A DNA stretch of 31,130 nucleotides from the NCBI GenBank assembly GCA_035254745.1, contig DATFAJ010000051.1, positions 1 to 31,130 of the forward strand. The letters run 5' to 3'. Both the position numbers and the translations under genes were made by a program. How positions within the stretch are numbered: the stretch's first letter is position 1; each line of letters begins with the position of its first letter. This document shows positions 7,329 to 15,920 of this stretch, piece by piece. The notes under the pieces were generated by a model, which made no database searches, had not been told where the DNA came from, and saw nothing but the letters and a program-made list of their open reading frames with translations. This DNA comes from Candidatus Methylomirabilota bacterium (GTDB lineage: Bacteria; Methylomirabilota; Methylomirabilia; Rokubacteriales; CSP1-6).

Positions 7329-9623
7329 GTGAGCTTCCGCGTCATCGGCAAGGGCACCCCGAAGCGCGACGGGGCCGAGAAGGTCACCGGCCACACCCAG
7401 TTCCTGCACGACCTCACGCTGCCGCGCCTCGCCCACGGCGCCATCCTCCGCACCCGCTACCCGCACGCGCGCGTGCGACGCATCGACACCCGCGCGGCCG
7501 AGGCGCTGCCCGGAGTGCTCGCGGTGATCACCGCCGACCGCGTGGAGCAGCATCCGTTCGGCTTCGCCAAGGACCACCGGGCGCTCAAGGGCGGCGCGGC
7601 CGACGGAGGCAAGGTGCGCTGCATCCGCGACGAGATCGCGGCGGTGGCCGCGCTCACCGAGGAGATCGCGCAGGAGGCGGTGCGGCTCATCCGGGTGGAC
7701 TACGAGGAGCTGCCCGCGGTGTTCGACCCCGCCGCCGCCCTCCGGCCCGGCGCCCCGCTCGTCCACGAGGAGCGGGGCAGCAACCTGGTCAACCTGCGCT
7801 ACCAGTTCGCGCACGGCGACGTGGAGTCGGCCTTCGCGCGCGCCGACGTGGTGGTCGAGGGCGAGTACCGGCTCAACTACGTCACCACCGCGTGCATGGG
7901 CACGATGGCAGCGGTCGCGTCCTGGGGCGCGCCGGAGAGCCCCGACGCCTCGCTGACCATGTGGAGCACGACGCAGGTGCCGTTCCTCTACCAGCGCGAC
8001 CTGGCCGAGGCCCTCGGCATCACCGGCGACCGGGTGCGGGTGATCCAGCCGCCGGTGGGGGGCAACTTCGGCCGCGGGCTCGACCTCTACCCGATCGACA
8101 TCATCGCCGCGCTGCTGGCCCGCCGCGCGGGCCGGCCGGTGAAGATCGCCTTCGAGCGCATCGAGGAGTTCATCGCGAGCCCGACCCGCGAGCCCTGCGT
8201 GATCCACCTCCGGACCGCGGCGGACCGCGACGGCCGCCTGCTCGCCCGCGACGCGCGGGTGGTGATCGACAACGGCGCCTACGTCTCGTGGGGCTCGACC
8301 ACGCCCTACGTGATGCTGTCCACCACCGCCGGGCTCTACCGCGTCCCCGCGGTGCGCTTCGACACGAGCATCGTCTACACCAACAATCCATACTCGGGTT
8401 CCATGCGTGGCTACGGCAACCTCGAGAGCACGTTCGCGATCGAGGCCCAGATGGACGACCTGGCCGAGCGCCTGGGGCTCGACCGGGTCGAGATCCGCCG
8501 GCGCAACGCGACCCGGTCGGGCGACGTCAACCCGCAGGGCAACGTCATCACCTCCTGCGCCATGACCGAGTGCCTCGACGCGGTCGAGCGCGAGATGAGC
8601 GGGGCCGCCCGCGAGGCCCCGCGGCCCGGCTGGCGGCGCGGGGTCGGCTACGCGGCCATGTTCCACGTGGGCGGGGGCGCGCGGGTCTACCGCTCGGACG
8701 GCTGCGGCGCGATCCTGAAGCTCGACGACTTCGGCCGGGTCTCGCTGCTCACCGGGGCCAGCGAGATCGGCCAGGGCTCCGAGACCGTGCTGGCCATGAT
8801 CGTGGCCGAGGAGCTCGGCGTGCCCCTCGGGCGAATCGACGTGGTCAACAGCGACACCACGATCAAGCCCTGGGACGTGGGCGTGCACGCGAGCCGCACC
8901 ACGTTCATCGCCGGCAACGCGGCGCTGATGGCCGCGCGCGGGCTCAAGGCCAAGCTGCTCGCCCTGGCCGCTGGGGTGATGGACGAGCGCCCCGACGACC
9001 TCGAGCTGGCCGACGGCCGCGTCCGGGTCAAGGGGCATCCAGAGCGCGGCATGGAGTACGACCGCGTGGTGCGGGCCGGCCACTTCCGCGAGGGCGGGCG
9101 CACCCTGGTGGCGGAGGCCTTCTACGACCCGCCCAACGAGATGCTGTCGAAGGACCTGCGCGGCAACGTCTCGGCCACGTACGGCTTCGCGGCCCAGGCC
9201 GCGCTGGTGGAGGTGAGCCTGGCCACCGGCCAGGTGCGGGTGCTGAAGGTGGCCTCGGCCCACGACGTGGGCCGCGCGCTCAACCCGCTGGCCGCCGAGG
9301 GGCAGATCCACGGCGGCATCCACATGGGGCTTGGCTACGCGCTCTCGGAGGAGCTGCGGATCGCGGAGGGGCGCGTGCTGAACCCGCAGTTCATGGAGTA
9401 CGCGCTGCTCACCGCGGCCGACATGCCCGAGATCGTGATCCACCTGATCGAGACGGTGGACGAGGCGGGGCCCTTCGGGGCCAAGGGCCTGGGCGAGTCC
9501 GGCGTGATCCCGGTGGCCGCCGCGGTGGCCAACGCGGTGAAGGACGCGGTGGGCGTGCGGCTCACCGAGCTGCCGATGACGCCCGAGCGCGTGTTCCGCG
9601 CCCTCGCGGCGCGACCGGCGTGA
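7329..9623 (+). CDS. Xanthine dehydrogenase-family molybdopterin-binding (large) subunit, 764 aa
   Basis: EKVTG, LRTRYPHARV, TTQVPF, GGNFG, SMRGYG, EIGQGS, HASRTT, NPLAAEGQIHGG, GPFGAKGLGES (catalytic Glu). Confidence 0.95.
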   Translation: MSFRVIGKGTPKRDGAEKVTGHTQFLHDLTLPRLAHGAILRTRYPHARVRRIDTRAAEALPGVLAVITADRVEQHPFGFAKDHRALKGGAADGGKVRCIRDEIAAVAALTEEIAQEAVRLIRVDYEELPAVFDPAAALRPGAPLVHEERGSNLVNLRYQFAHGDVESAFARADVVVEGEYRLNYVTTACMGTMAAVASWGAPESPDASLTMWSTTQVPFLYQRDLAEALGITGDRVRVIQPPVGGNFGRGLDLYPIDIIAALLARRAGRPVKIAFERIEEFIASPTREPCVIHLRTAADRDGRLLARDARVVIDNGAYVSWGSTTPYVMLSTTAGLYRVPAVRFDTSIVYTNNPYSGSMRGYGNLESTFAIEAQMDDLAERLGLDRVEIRRRNATRSGDVNPQGNVITSCAMTECLDAVEREMSGAAREAPRPGWRRGVGYAAMFHVGGGARVYRSDGCGAILKLDDFGRVSLLTGASEIGQGSETVLAMIVAEELGVPLGRIDVVNSDTTIKPWDVGVHASRTTFIAGNAALMAARGLKAKLLALAAGVMDERPDDLELADGRVRVKGHPERGMEYDRVVRAGHFREGGRTLVAEAFYDPPNEMLSKDLRGNVSATYGFAAQAALVEVSLATGQVRVLKVASAHDVGRALNPLAAEGQIHGGIHMGLGYALSEELRIAEGRVLNPQFMEYALLTAADMPEIVIHLIETVDEAGPFGAKGLGESGVIPVAAAVANAVKDAVGVRLTELPMTPERVFRALAARPA

Positions 9624-10900
9624 TGGACGCGCCGATGTGGGACGCCCCGGCCGAGTCCCGGCCGCGCGAGGTGCTGGACCGGCAGACGGTCGAGGGGATG
9701 CGCCGGACGCTCGGCCGCGCCCTGACCAACGCGGCCTGGCGGCGGCGCCTCGGGGACGCGACGCCCGGTGACATCCGCACGCCCGCCGACTGGGCGCGGC
9801 TGCCGTTCCTCACCAAGGACGACCTGCGCGATGCCTATCCCTTCGGTCTGACCTGCGCCGAGCCCGAGGCCGTCCTGCGCGTCCACATGTCCTCGGGCAC
9901 CACCGGCAACCCGGTGCTGAACCCCTACACCCGGGCCGACGTGGAGCAGTGGGCTGGGGTGATGGCCCGCTGCTACGTGGCCGCGGGCGTGGGGGCGCGG
10001 GACGTGGTCCAGATCACGCCGTCGTTCGGCCTGTTCACCGGTGGCTTCGGCTTCCACTACGGCGCGGAGCGGATCGGGGCGATGGTGGTGCCGGCCGGCG
10101 CGGGCCGGACGTCGCTGCAGCTGCAGCTCATGCGCGATCTGGGCGCCACCGTGCTGGCCGGCATCTCGACCTACCCGCTGCGCATCCTCGAGGTCGCGCG
10201 CGAGGAGCGGTTCGACCTGGGCTCGCTCCGCCTCCGGGTGGCCATCCTCGGCTCCGAGATGTGGACCGACGACCTGCGCCGGCTCATCGAGCGCGAGCTC
10301 GGCCTCACCACGTTCGACATCATCGGGATGACCGAGACCGGCGGCCCCGGTCTCGGCATCGACTGCGCGGCCCGCGCCGGCATCCACGTCTGGGAGGACC
10401 ACTACTTCTGCGAGGTGGTGGACCCGGCGACGGGCGCCCCGCGGCCCGACGGCGAGCCGGGCGAGCTGGTGGTGAGCACGCTCACGCGCGAGGGGCTCCC
10501 GCTGATCCGCTACCGCACCCACGATCTCACCCGGGTGCTGAGCCGCGCGCCCTGCGCCTGCGGTCGCACCCACCTGCGGCTGGACCGCCTGCAGGGGCGC
10601 ACCGACGACATGGTGATCTTCCGCGGGGTGAACTTCTATCCGCGCCAGATCGAAGCGCTGCTGCTCAAGCAGCCCGACGCGGGCCACGAGTACCAGATCG
10701 TGCTCGACCGCGCGCCCGGCGGGAGCGACCGGCTGGCGCTGCTCGTCGAGGCCCGCGAGGGCTTCGCGGAGACCGGCCTGCCGCGGCTCCGCAGCGAGCT
10801 GCGGCAGTTCCTGAACCTGAGCCCCGAGATCACCCTCCTGAAGGAAGGCGAGCTGCCTCGGGCGCCGGGGAAGGCGGTGCGGGTGGTGGACCGGCGGTAG
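9623..10900 (+). CDS. paaK: Phenylacetate-CoA ligase-like AMP-forming acyl/aryl-CoA ligase, 425 aa
   Basis: LPFLTKDDLRDAYPFG, P-loop HMSSGTTGNP, FGLFTGGFGFHYGAERIGA, GMTETGGPG, HVWEDHY, LIRYRTHD, GRTDDM, GVNFYP.QIE, GKAVRVVDRR. ATG overlaps the upstream TGA (TGATG). The substrate is not proven. Confidence 0.85.
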   Translation: MDAPMWDAPAESRPREVLDRQTVEGMRRTLGRALTNAAWRRRLGDATPGDIRTPADWARLPFLTKDDLRDAYPFGLTCAEPEAVLRVHMSSGTTGNPVLNPYTRADVEQWAGVMARCYVAAGVGARDVVQITPSFGLFTGGFGFHYGAERIGAMVVPAGAGRTSLQLQLMRDLGATVLAGISTYPLRILEVAREERFDLGSLRLRVAILGSEMWTDDLRRLIERELGLTTFDIIGMTETGGPGLGIDCAARAGIHVWEDHYFCEVVDPATGAPRPDGEPGELVVSTLTREGLPLIRYRTHDLTRVLSRAPCACGRTHLRLDRLQGRTDDMVIFRGVNFYPRQIEALLLKQPDAGHEYQIVLDRAPGGSDRLALLVEAREGFAETGLPRLRSELRQFLNLSPEITLLKEGELPRAPGKAVRVVDRR

Positions 10901-10902
10901 CG

Positions 10903-11301
10903 TCAGTAGCCCATGCAGCGGTTGAATTCCTCGTCATACGCGTACCGCGGTCCGAGAGACAGTCCGCGCATCCGGCGCCGGCACTCCTCGCGCCGGGCAT
11001 CGTAGTCCGGCACTGGCTGCACCACCGGTCGCATCCCCAGCGCCTCCTCCTCCCGCTCGGGCCCGCGGAACGCGCCGGGCTGGGGCGCGGCGAGCTGGGT
11101 GCGGCGCCAGCCCCGCGTCATCATGCAGTAGCGGTAGAGCGTCGTCGGCTCGACGGGAGACTTCATGGCCCGGACCTCGGTCAGGCAGGCCTGCGAGTCG
11201 GCGTCGAAGGCGGAGATGTCTCGTCCCGGCTGTGTCCAGTAGTAGCGGCCGCAGGCCACCGTGGCGAGGAGCACGAGGACGAGGAAGAGCCCGCGCTTCA
11301 T
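10903..11301 (-). CDS. Hypothetical predicted lipoprotein with two Cys-pair repeats, 132 aa
   Basis: MKR + hydrophobic core + LATVA-C17 lipobox-like site. ATG overlaps the upstream TGA (ATGA, 11298-11301). Confidence 0.7.
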   Translation of the reverse strand: MKRGLFLVLVLLATVACGRYYWTQPGRDISAFDADSQACLTEVRAMKSPVEPTTLYRYCMMTRGWRRTQLAAPQPGAFRGPEREEEALGMRPVVQPVPDYDARREECRRRMRGLSLGPRYAYDEEFNRCMGY

Positions 11302-13592
11302 GGGTGCGGCGGCAGCAGGTCCAGCAGCCGCGAGGGTCCGAGCGGCATGCGCGTCACGTGACCGCCCCGGAGCCCGACCGCGTCCTCGATCGCCGAGGCC
11401 AGCACCGCGGGCACCGGCAGCGTGCCCGACTCGCCCACGCCCTTGAGCCCGAGCGGGTTGAGCGGCGAGAGCGTCTCGAGGTGGTCGATCGCCATGGTCG
11501 GCACGTCGGTCGCGGTCGGCAGGAGATAGTCCATGTAGCTGCCGGCCAGGAGCTGGCCCGCCTCGTCGTAGGCGACCTCCTCGAGCAGCGCGCTGCCGAT
11601 GCCGAGCGCCACCGCGCCCTGGAGCTGGCCCTCGACTATCAACGGGTTGATCAAGCGGCCCGAGTCGTGGCTGATCCAGTAGCCCAGGATGCGCACCGCG
11701 GCCGAGAGGGGATCGAGCTCGACCAGCGCCACGTGGGCGCCGGAGGAGTAGGTCATGTCGGCGGGCTGGAAGACGCGCGTGCTCTCGAGGCCGGGCTCGA
11801 CGCCGAGCGCGGCCGTCGCGGCGCCGGCCAGGCGCGCCAGCTCGGCGAGGGTCACGCGGCGCTCCGGGCGCCGCCGGTCGGCGAAGGTCGGGCCGGCCTG
11901 CTCGAGGTCGCTCTCGTCGATCCCGAGGGCGCGCGCGGCCAGGGCCCGCGCCTTCACGCGCACGTCGCGCGCGGCGAGGGCCATCGCGTTGCCGCCGACC
12001 ACCGCGGCGCGGCTCGCGAACGAGCCCGTGCCGTGCTCGACGCCCGCGGTGTCGCCGGTGACGACGGTCACGTCCGCGGGGGTGACGCCGAGCTCGTCGG
12101 CCGCGACCTGGGCCAGCGTCGTCTCGAGCCCCTGGCCCTGGGTGGACACGCCGCTCCACGCGGAGATGCGCCCGGCCGCGTCGACCCGCACGCGCGCGCT
12201 CTCGAAGGGGCCGACGCCGGTCAGCTCCACGTAGCAGGCGACGCCCACGCCGAGCAGGCGGCCCGCGGCCCGCGCGGCGGCGGCCTCGGCCGCGCGCGCG
12301 TCGTACCGCGCGCTCTCGAGCGCCCGGCGCAGCACCGAGGGCAGGTCGCCGCTGTCCAGCACCACGTGGCCGCTGCCGCGGTAGTTCGGCAGCCCGGTGT
12401 CCCACGGCATGTCCTCGGCGCGGACCAGGTTGGCCAGGCGGACCTGGGCGCGATCGCGGCCGGTCTCGCGCGCCACCAGGTCCAGCACCCGCTCGATCAC
12501 GAAGACGGCCTGCGGCTGCCCGGCGCCGCGATACGGGGTGACCGGCACGCGGTGGGTGTAGCGGCTCTCGAAGCTCGACTCGACCGCGGGGATGCGGTAC
12601 GGCCCGGTCAGCATCGACGCGGTGAGCAGCGGCACCACCAGGCCGCGCGGCGTGTAGGCCCCGGTGTCGTGGACGAAGCGGTCGCGCAGGGCCAGGAGGC
12701 GGCCCGCGTCGTCGAAGCCGACCGTCACGTCGTGCTCCTGCTCGCGCTCCTGGGTTGCGGCCAGCATGTGCTCGAGGCGGTCCTCGATCCAGCGCACCGG
12801 TCGTGCCAGGCGGCGAGCGAGGAACGGGATCAGGACGTCCTCGGGATAGACGATGAGCTTGGCGCCGAAGCCGCCGCCCACGTCGGGGGCAATCACGCGC
12901 ACCTGGTGCGGGGCCAGGTCGAGCAGGTCGGCGACGAACTGGCGGATCTGGTGCGGCACCTGGGAGGAGGCCCACACCGTGAGCTGGTCGAGCGCCGGGT
13001 TCCAGTCCGCCACGAGCCCGCGCGTCTCCATCGGCTGGCCTCCGCCGCGCCCGATGCGCAGCCGAACTGAAATCACTCGGGGGGCCGCGCGGAGCGCGGC
13101 CGCGGTGTCGCCGCGGGTGAGCGTCACGCGCCCGGCCAGGTTGTCGGGGATGTCGTCGTGGACCGCGGGTGCGCCCGGGGTGAGCGTCTGGGCCGACGGC
13201 AGCACCTCGTAGTCGACCTCGAGCAGGTCGCGCGCGTCCTCCGCCGCGTAGCGGCTGTCGGCCACCACCGCGGCGACGGCCTCCCCCACGAAGCGCACGC
13301 GGTCGCCCGCGAGCGGGGCGAAGTTGTGCCCGCGCAGCTCGGGGTGCGGCGGCACCATGGGGAACGAGCGTGCGGCGCCACCGAGCTCGGCGAAGGTCAC
13401 CACGTCCACGACGCCGGGGTGCGCGCGCGCCCGGTCCGCGTCCACGCGGCGGATGCGCGCGTGGGCGTGCGGGCTCCGCAGCAGCACGACGTGGAGCATG
13501 CCGGGCAGCGCGAGATCGCCCACGTAGCGCCCGCGCCCGGTGAGCAGGCGCGGGTCCTCCTTGCGGAGATGCCGGTCGCCGACGAACTTCAC
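11298..13592 (-). CDS. Xanthine dehydrogenase/CoxL-family molybdopterin-binding large subunit (form II-like), 764 aa
   Basis: RKEDPRLLTGRGRYV, LRSPHAHARI, SSQVPH, GGGFGAK, active-site loop PYRGAGQ, QGQG, FASRAA, GRLINP..VEGQLQG, LKGVGESG. GTG overlaps the small-subunit stop. Confidence 0.95.
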   Translation of the reverse strand: MKFVGDRHLRKEDPRLLTGRGRYVGDLALPGMLHVVLLRSPHAHARIRRVDADRARAHPGVVDVVTFAELGGAARSFPMVPPHPELRGHNFAPLAGDRVRFVGEAVAAVVADSRYAAEDARDLLEVDYEVLPSAQTLTPGAPAVHDDIPDNLAGRVTLTRGDTAAALRAAPRVISVRLRIGRGGGQPMETRGLVADWNPALDQLTVWASSQVPHQIRQFVADLLDLAPHQVRVIAPDVGGGFGAKLIVYPEDVLIPFLARRLARPVRWIEDRLEHMLAATQEREQEHDVTVGFDDAGRLLALRDRFVHDTGAYTPRGLVVPLLTASMLTGPYRIPAVESSFESRYTHRVPVTPYRGAGQPQAVFVIERVLDLVARETGRDRAQVRLANLVRAEDMPWDTGLPNYRGSGHVVLDSGDLPSVLRRALESARYDARAAEAAAARAAGRLLGVGVACYVELTGVGPFESARVRVDAAGRISAWSGVSTQGQGLETTLAQVAADELGVTPADVTVVTGDTAGVEHGTGSFASRAAVVGGNAMALAARDVRVKARALAARALGIDESDLEQAGPTFADRRRPERRVTLAELARLAGAATAALGVEPGLESTRVFQPADMTYSSGAHVALVELDPLSAAVRILGYWISHDSGRLINPLIVEGQLQGAVALGIGSALLEEVAYDEAGQLLAGSYMDYLLPTATDVPTMAIDHLETLSPLNPLGLKGVGESGTLPVPAVLASAIEDAVGLRGGHVTRMPLGPSRLLDLLPPHP

Positions 13593-14098
13593 GCCGACGG
13601 GGCCGCCGCGCGCCCGGCCGCCGCCGCGTCCAGCGCGGCCTGCACGATGTGCTGGTAACCCGTGCACCGGCAGAGGTTGCCGGAGAGCGCCTCGCGGATC
13701 TCGGTCTCCGACGGAGACGGGTGCAGCCGCAGGTAGGCGACCAGCGTCATCAGGATGCCGGGCGTGCAGAAGCCGCACTGGAGCGCGTGGCGGCTCCGGA
13801 AGGCCTCCTGCAGCGGGTGCAGGCCGGGGCCGGCGCCGGCGAGGCCCTCGACGGTGTCCACCCGGCAGCCGTCCACCTGCACCGCGAAGACGAGGCAGGA
13901 GCGCGTGGGCTCGCCGTCCACCAGGACGGTGCACGCTCCGCACGCGCCGTGCTCGCAGCCGAGGTGGGTGCCGGTGAGGCCCCACTCCTCGCGGAGCAGG
14001 TCGGCCAGGAGCAGGCGGGGGATCACGCGGGCCCGGCGCTCGGCGCCGTTCACGATCGCGGTGACGTCGTGCCGGGCGGAGCCGGGCCCGGCCGTCAC
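13589..14098 (-). CDS. CoxS/XdhC-type 2x[2Fe-2S] small subunit, 169 aa
   Basis: GCEHGACGACTV..SC and QCGFCTPG...GNLCRCTGY. GTG overlaps the FAD-subunit stop (GTGA). Confidence 0.96.
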   Translation of the reverse strand: MTAGPGSARHDVTAIVNGAERRARVIPRLLLADLLREEWGLTGTHLGCEHGACGACTVLVDGEPTRSCLVFAVQVDGCRVDTVEGLAGAGPGLHPLQEAFRSRHALQCGFCTPGILMTLVAYLRLHPSPSETEIREALSGNLCRCTGYQHIVQAALDAAAAGRAAAPSA

Positions 14099-14967
14099 GC
14101 CGCCTCCGCCCGCGCGGCCGCCTGCTGGAGCGCGCGCGCGGCCAGCCCCGCCGCGACGCGCCGCCGGTACTCCGCCGTCGCGTGCAGGTCGGCGCGCGCG
14201 TCGATCTCGGCGGCGCCGGCCCGCCCCGCCTCGGCGAGGCGCGCCGCCGACGGCCGCTCGCCGATCAGCGCGGCGGCGGCGCGCACCGGGTGCGGGCCGT
14301 CGCCCGCGCCGAAGATCACGAGCCGGGCGTGCCGGCAGACGCCGCCCGCGTCGAGCGCGAGCGCCGCGCACGCCCCCACCAGCGCGAAGTCCCCGTGCCG
14401 GCGCGCCACCTCGGCGAAGCCGTGCCCCGCGCGCACGGCCGGCATTCCCGGCACCTCGATCCCGGCGAGGAGCTCGTCCGGCTCGAGCGCGGTCGACAGG
14501 AGGCCGAGGAAGAAGTCCCGGGCGGAGCAGGCCCGCTGCGCCCGGGCGCTCCGCAGGTGGAACACCGCGTCGAGCGCGATCATGCAGGCGGGCAGCTCGG
14601 CGGCGGGATCGGCGTGGGCGAGGCTGCCCCCGATGGTGCCGCGCGCCCGCGTCTGGAGGTGCCCGATGAGCGGGGCGGCCTCGGCGAGCAGCGGGGCGGC
14701 GGCGGCGACGCGCCCGTCGCGCTCGAGGGCGTGCTGGCGGACGAGCGCGCCCAGGTGGAGCCGCCCCGCGTCCGCCCGCACCGTGCCGAGCGCGGCCACC
14801 CGGTTCAGGTCGATCACCACCGCGGGACGCACCAGGCGCATGTTCATCATCGGCACCAGGCTCTGGCCTCCGGCCAGGAGCTTGGCCTCGTCGCCGTGGC
14901 GCCCGAGGAGGTCGAGGGCCTCCTCCACCGTCCGCGGCGCGAAGTACTCGAATGGAGCGGGCCGCAC
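14095..14967 (-). CDS. CoxM-type FAD-binding medium subunit, 290 aa
   Basis: PFEYFAPRTVEEA, KLLAGGQSLVP, RGTIGGSLAHADPAAELP, ARRHGDFA, DLHATAEYRR. Confidence 0.95.
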   Translation of the reverse strand: MRPAPFEYFAPRTVEEALDLLGRHGDEAKLLAGGQSLVPMMNMRLVRPAVVIDLNRVAALGTVRADAGRLHLGALVRQHALERDGRVAAAAPLLAEAAPLIGHLQTRARGTIGGSLAHADPAAELPACMIALDAVFHLRSARAQRACSARDFFLGLLSTALEPDELLAGIEVPGMPAVRAGHGFAEVARRHGDFALVGACAALALDAGGVCRHARLVIFGAGDGPHPVRAAAALIGERPSAARLAEAGRAGAAEIDARADLHATAEYRRRVAAGLAARALQQAAARAEAA

Positions 14968-14977
14968 GCGTCTTCGG

Positions 14978-15883
14978 CTAGACCTTCCCGAGCTTCGGGT
15001 GGTCGAACATCGGCAGCTTCACGCCCCACGGCGCCATCCGCGCGCGGATCTTGGCGATGAACTGGGGCACGATGCGCATCTCGTCCTCGGGGGTGGTGCC
15101 GCCGAGGCCGGCCTCGCAGGCCACGCGGTCGGCGTCGATCTCGATCGGCGTCGCGCTGCCGCCCTCGACGGCCAGCCACAGGTTGCGGTAGCCGTTGAAC
15201 TCCACGCTCTGGATCATCTGGGTCACCGCGCGCTCGATGTTCCGCACCGTCTCCGGCGTGAAGGTGGGCGCCCAGGCGTCCAGGCACTGCCAGCCGAATG
15301 CGATGTGGCGCACCTCGTCGCGCAGGATCAGCTCCATGAGCCGCCGCACCGCGGGGTTCGTGGCCTTGTGCACGGTGGCCTTGAAGGCGTCGATCAGGAT
15401 CTCCTCCGCGGCGCACACCAGGCTCGCGAAGATGCCCTCGAGCGAGGTGTCGGGGTCGAAGGCCATGCGGCGCACCCCGTGGGTGCCGACCGCGGTCACC
15501 GTCGGCGGGTTCTGCGGCTGCGGGAAGTAGCCGCCCAGGCGCTCCGCCATCAGCCAGGACGCCTCGGCGTGGCGCCCTTCCTCCTGCGTGCGCATGGTGA
15601 AGAAGAAGCGCAGGTCCGGCAGCCGATTCTCGAGGCAGAAGCGCAGGAGCAGGGCCGGGCTCTCCGAGATCGCGCCGTACTCGCCCCAGGTCCGGCGGCT
15701 CCAGTGCAGCCGCGCGGCCATGATCTGCGCCTCGGGGTAGCGCTCCGGGTGCAGCTCCTCCCACGGGATATCCGTCTCCGGGTCCCACTCGAGGGTCTTG
15801 GCGCGCTGCCACAGCTCCCACACGTCGGGCATGGCGGGGGCGAGCTCGAGCGGGTAGCGGGTCTCGGCGAGGTAGGCGCTCAT
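14978..15883 (-). CDS. Ferritin-like (four-helix diiron carboxylate) protein with a complete ligand set, 301 aa
   Basis: E68 (WGEY), E102-x-x-H105 (QEEGRH), E160/E161 (AAEE), E190-x-x-H193 (RDEVRH). RBS GGAGG. Confidence 0.8.
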   Translation of the reverse strand: MSAYLAETRYPLELAPAMPDVWELWQRAKTLEWDPETDIPWEELHPERYPEAQIMAARLHWSRRTWGEYGAISESPALLLRFCLENRLPDLRFFFTMRTQEEGRHAEASWLMAERLGGYFPQPQNPPTVTAVGTHGVRRMAFDPDTSLEGIFASLVCAAEEILIDAFKATVHKATNPAVRRLMELILRDEVRHIAFGWQCLDAWAPTFTPETVRNIERAVTQMIQSVEFNGYRNLWLAVEGGSATPIEIDADRVACEAGLGGTTPEDEMRIVPQFIAKIRARMAPWGVKLPMFDHPKLGKV

Positions 15884-15920
15884 GACGGAACCCTCCTGGA
15901 CGCGGCGGTCGGGCGGCGCG

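Noticed and set aside
6684-9443. Very long antisense ORFs (for example 919 aa at 6684-9443, 805 aa at 13649-16066, 612 aa at 11232-13070)
   Set aside because: They are shadows of real genes on the opposite strand in high-GC DNA, where stop codons are rare. They have biased composition and no motifs.
7329-9623. 4-hydroxybenzoyl-CoA reductase alpha subunit (hcrA)
   Set aside because: It is a family-level resemblance only. There is no hcrB/hcrC nearby and I cannot confirm diagnostic residues by eye.
7076-10900. Apparent giant or fused proteins in the ORF track (1274 aa at 7076, 1145 aa at 23868-27305, 895 aa at 11298-13985, 817 aa at 15882-18335, 788 aa at 28657, 690 aa at 10903-12975, 647 aa at 18592)
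   Set aside because: The N-terminal parts are off-frame or antisense readings of neighbouring genes. The real domains begin at downstream starts with an RBS or stop/start overlap.
11298-14967. Aerobic CO dehydrogenase (coxMSL form I)
   Set aside because: The active-site loop is PYRGAGQ, not the Cu-binding AYxCSFR of form I, and there are no coxDEFG accessory genes. The substrate is unknown.
14978-15883. AurF-type N-oxygenase or PaaA ortholog
   Set aside because: It lacks the extra His four residues before the last Glu (Ile186) and shows no PaaA-specific motifs I recognise. No paaB/D/E genes are present.
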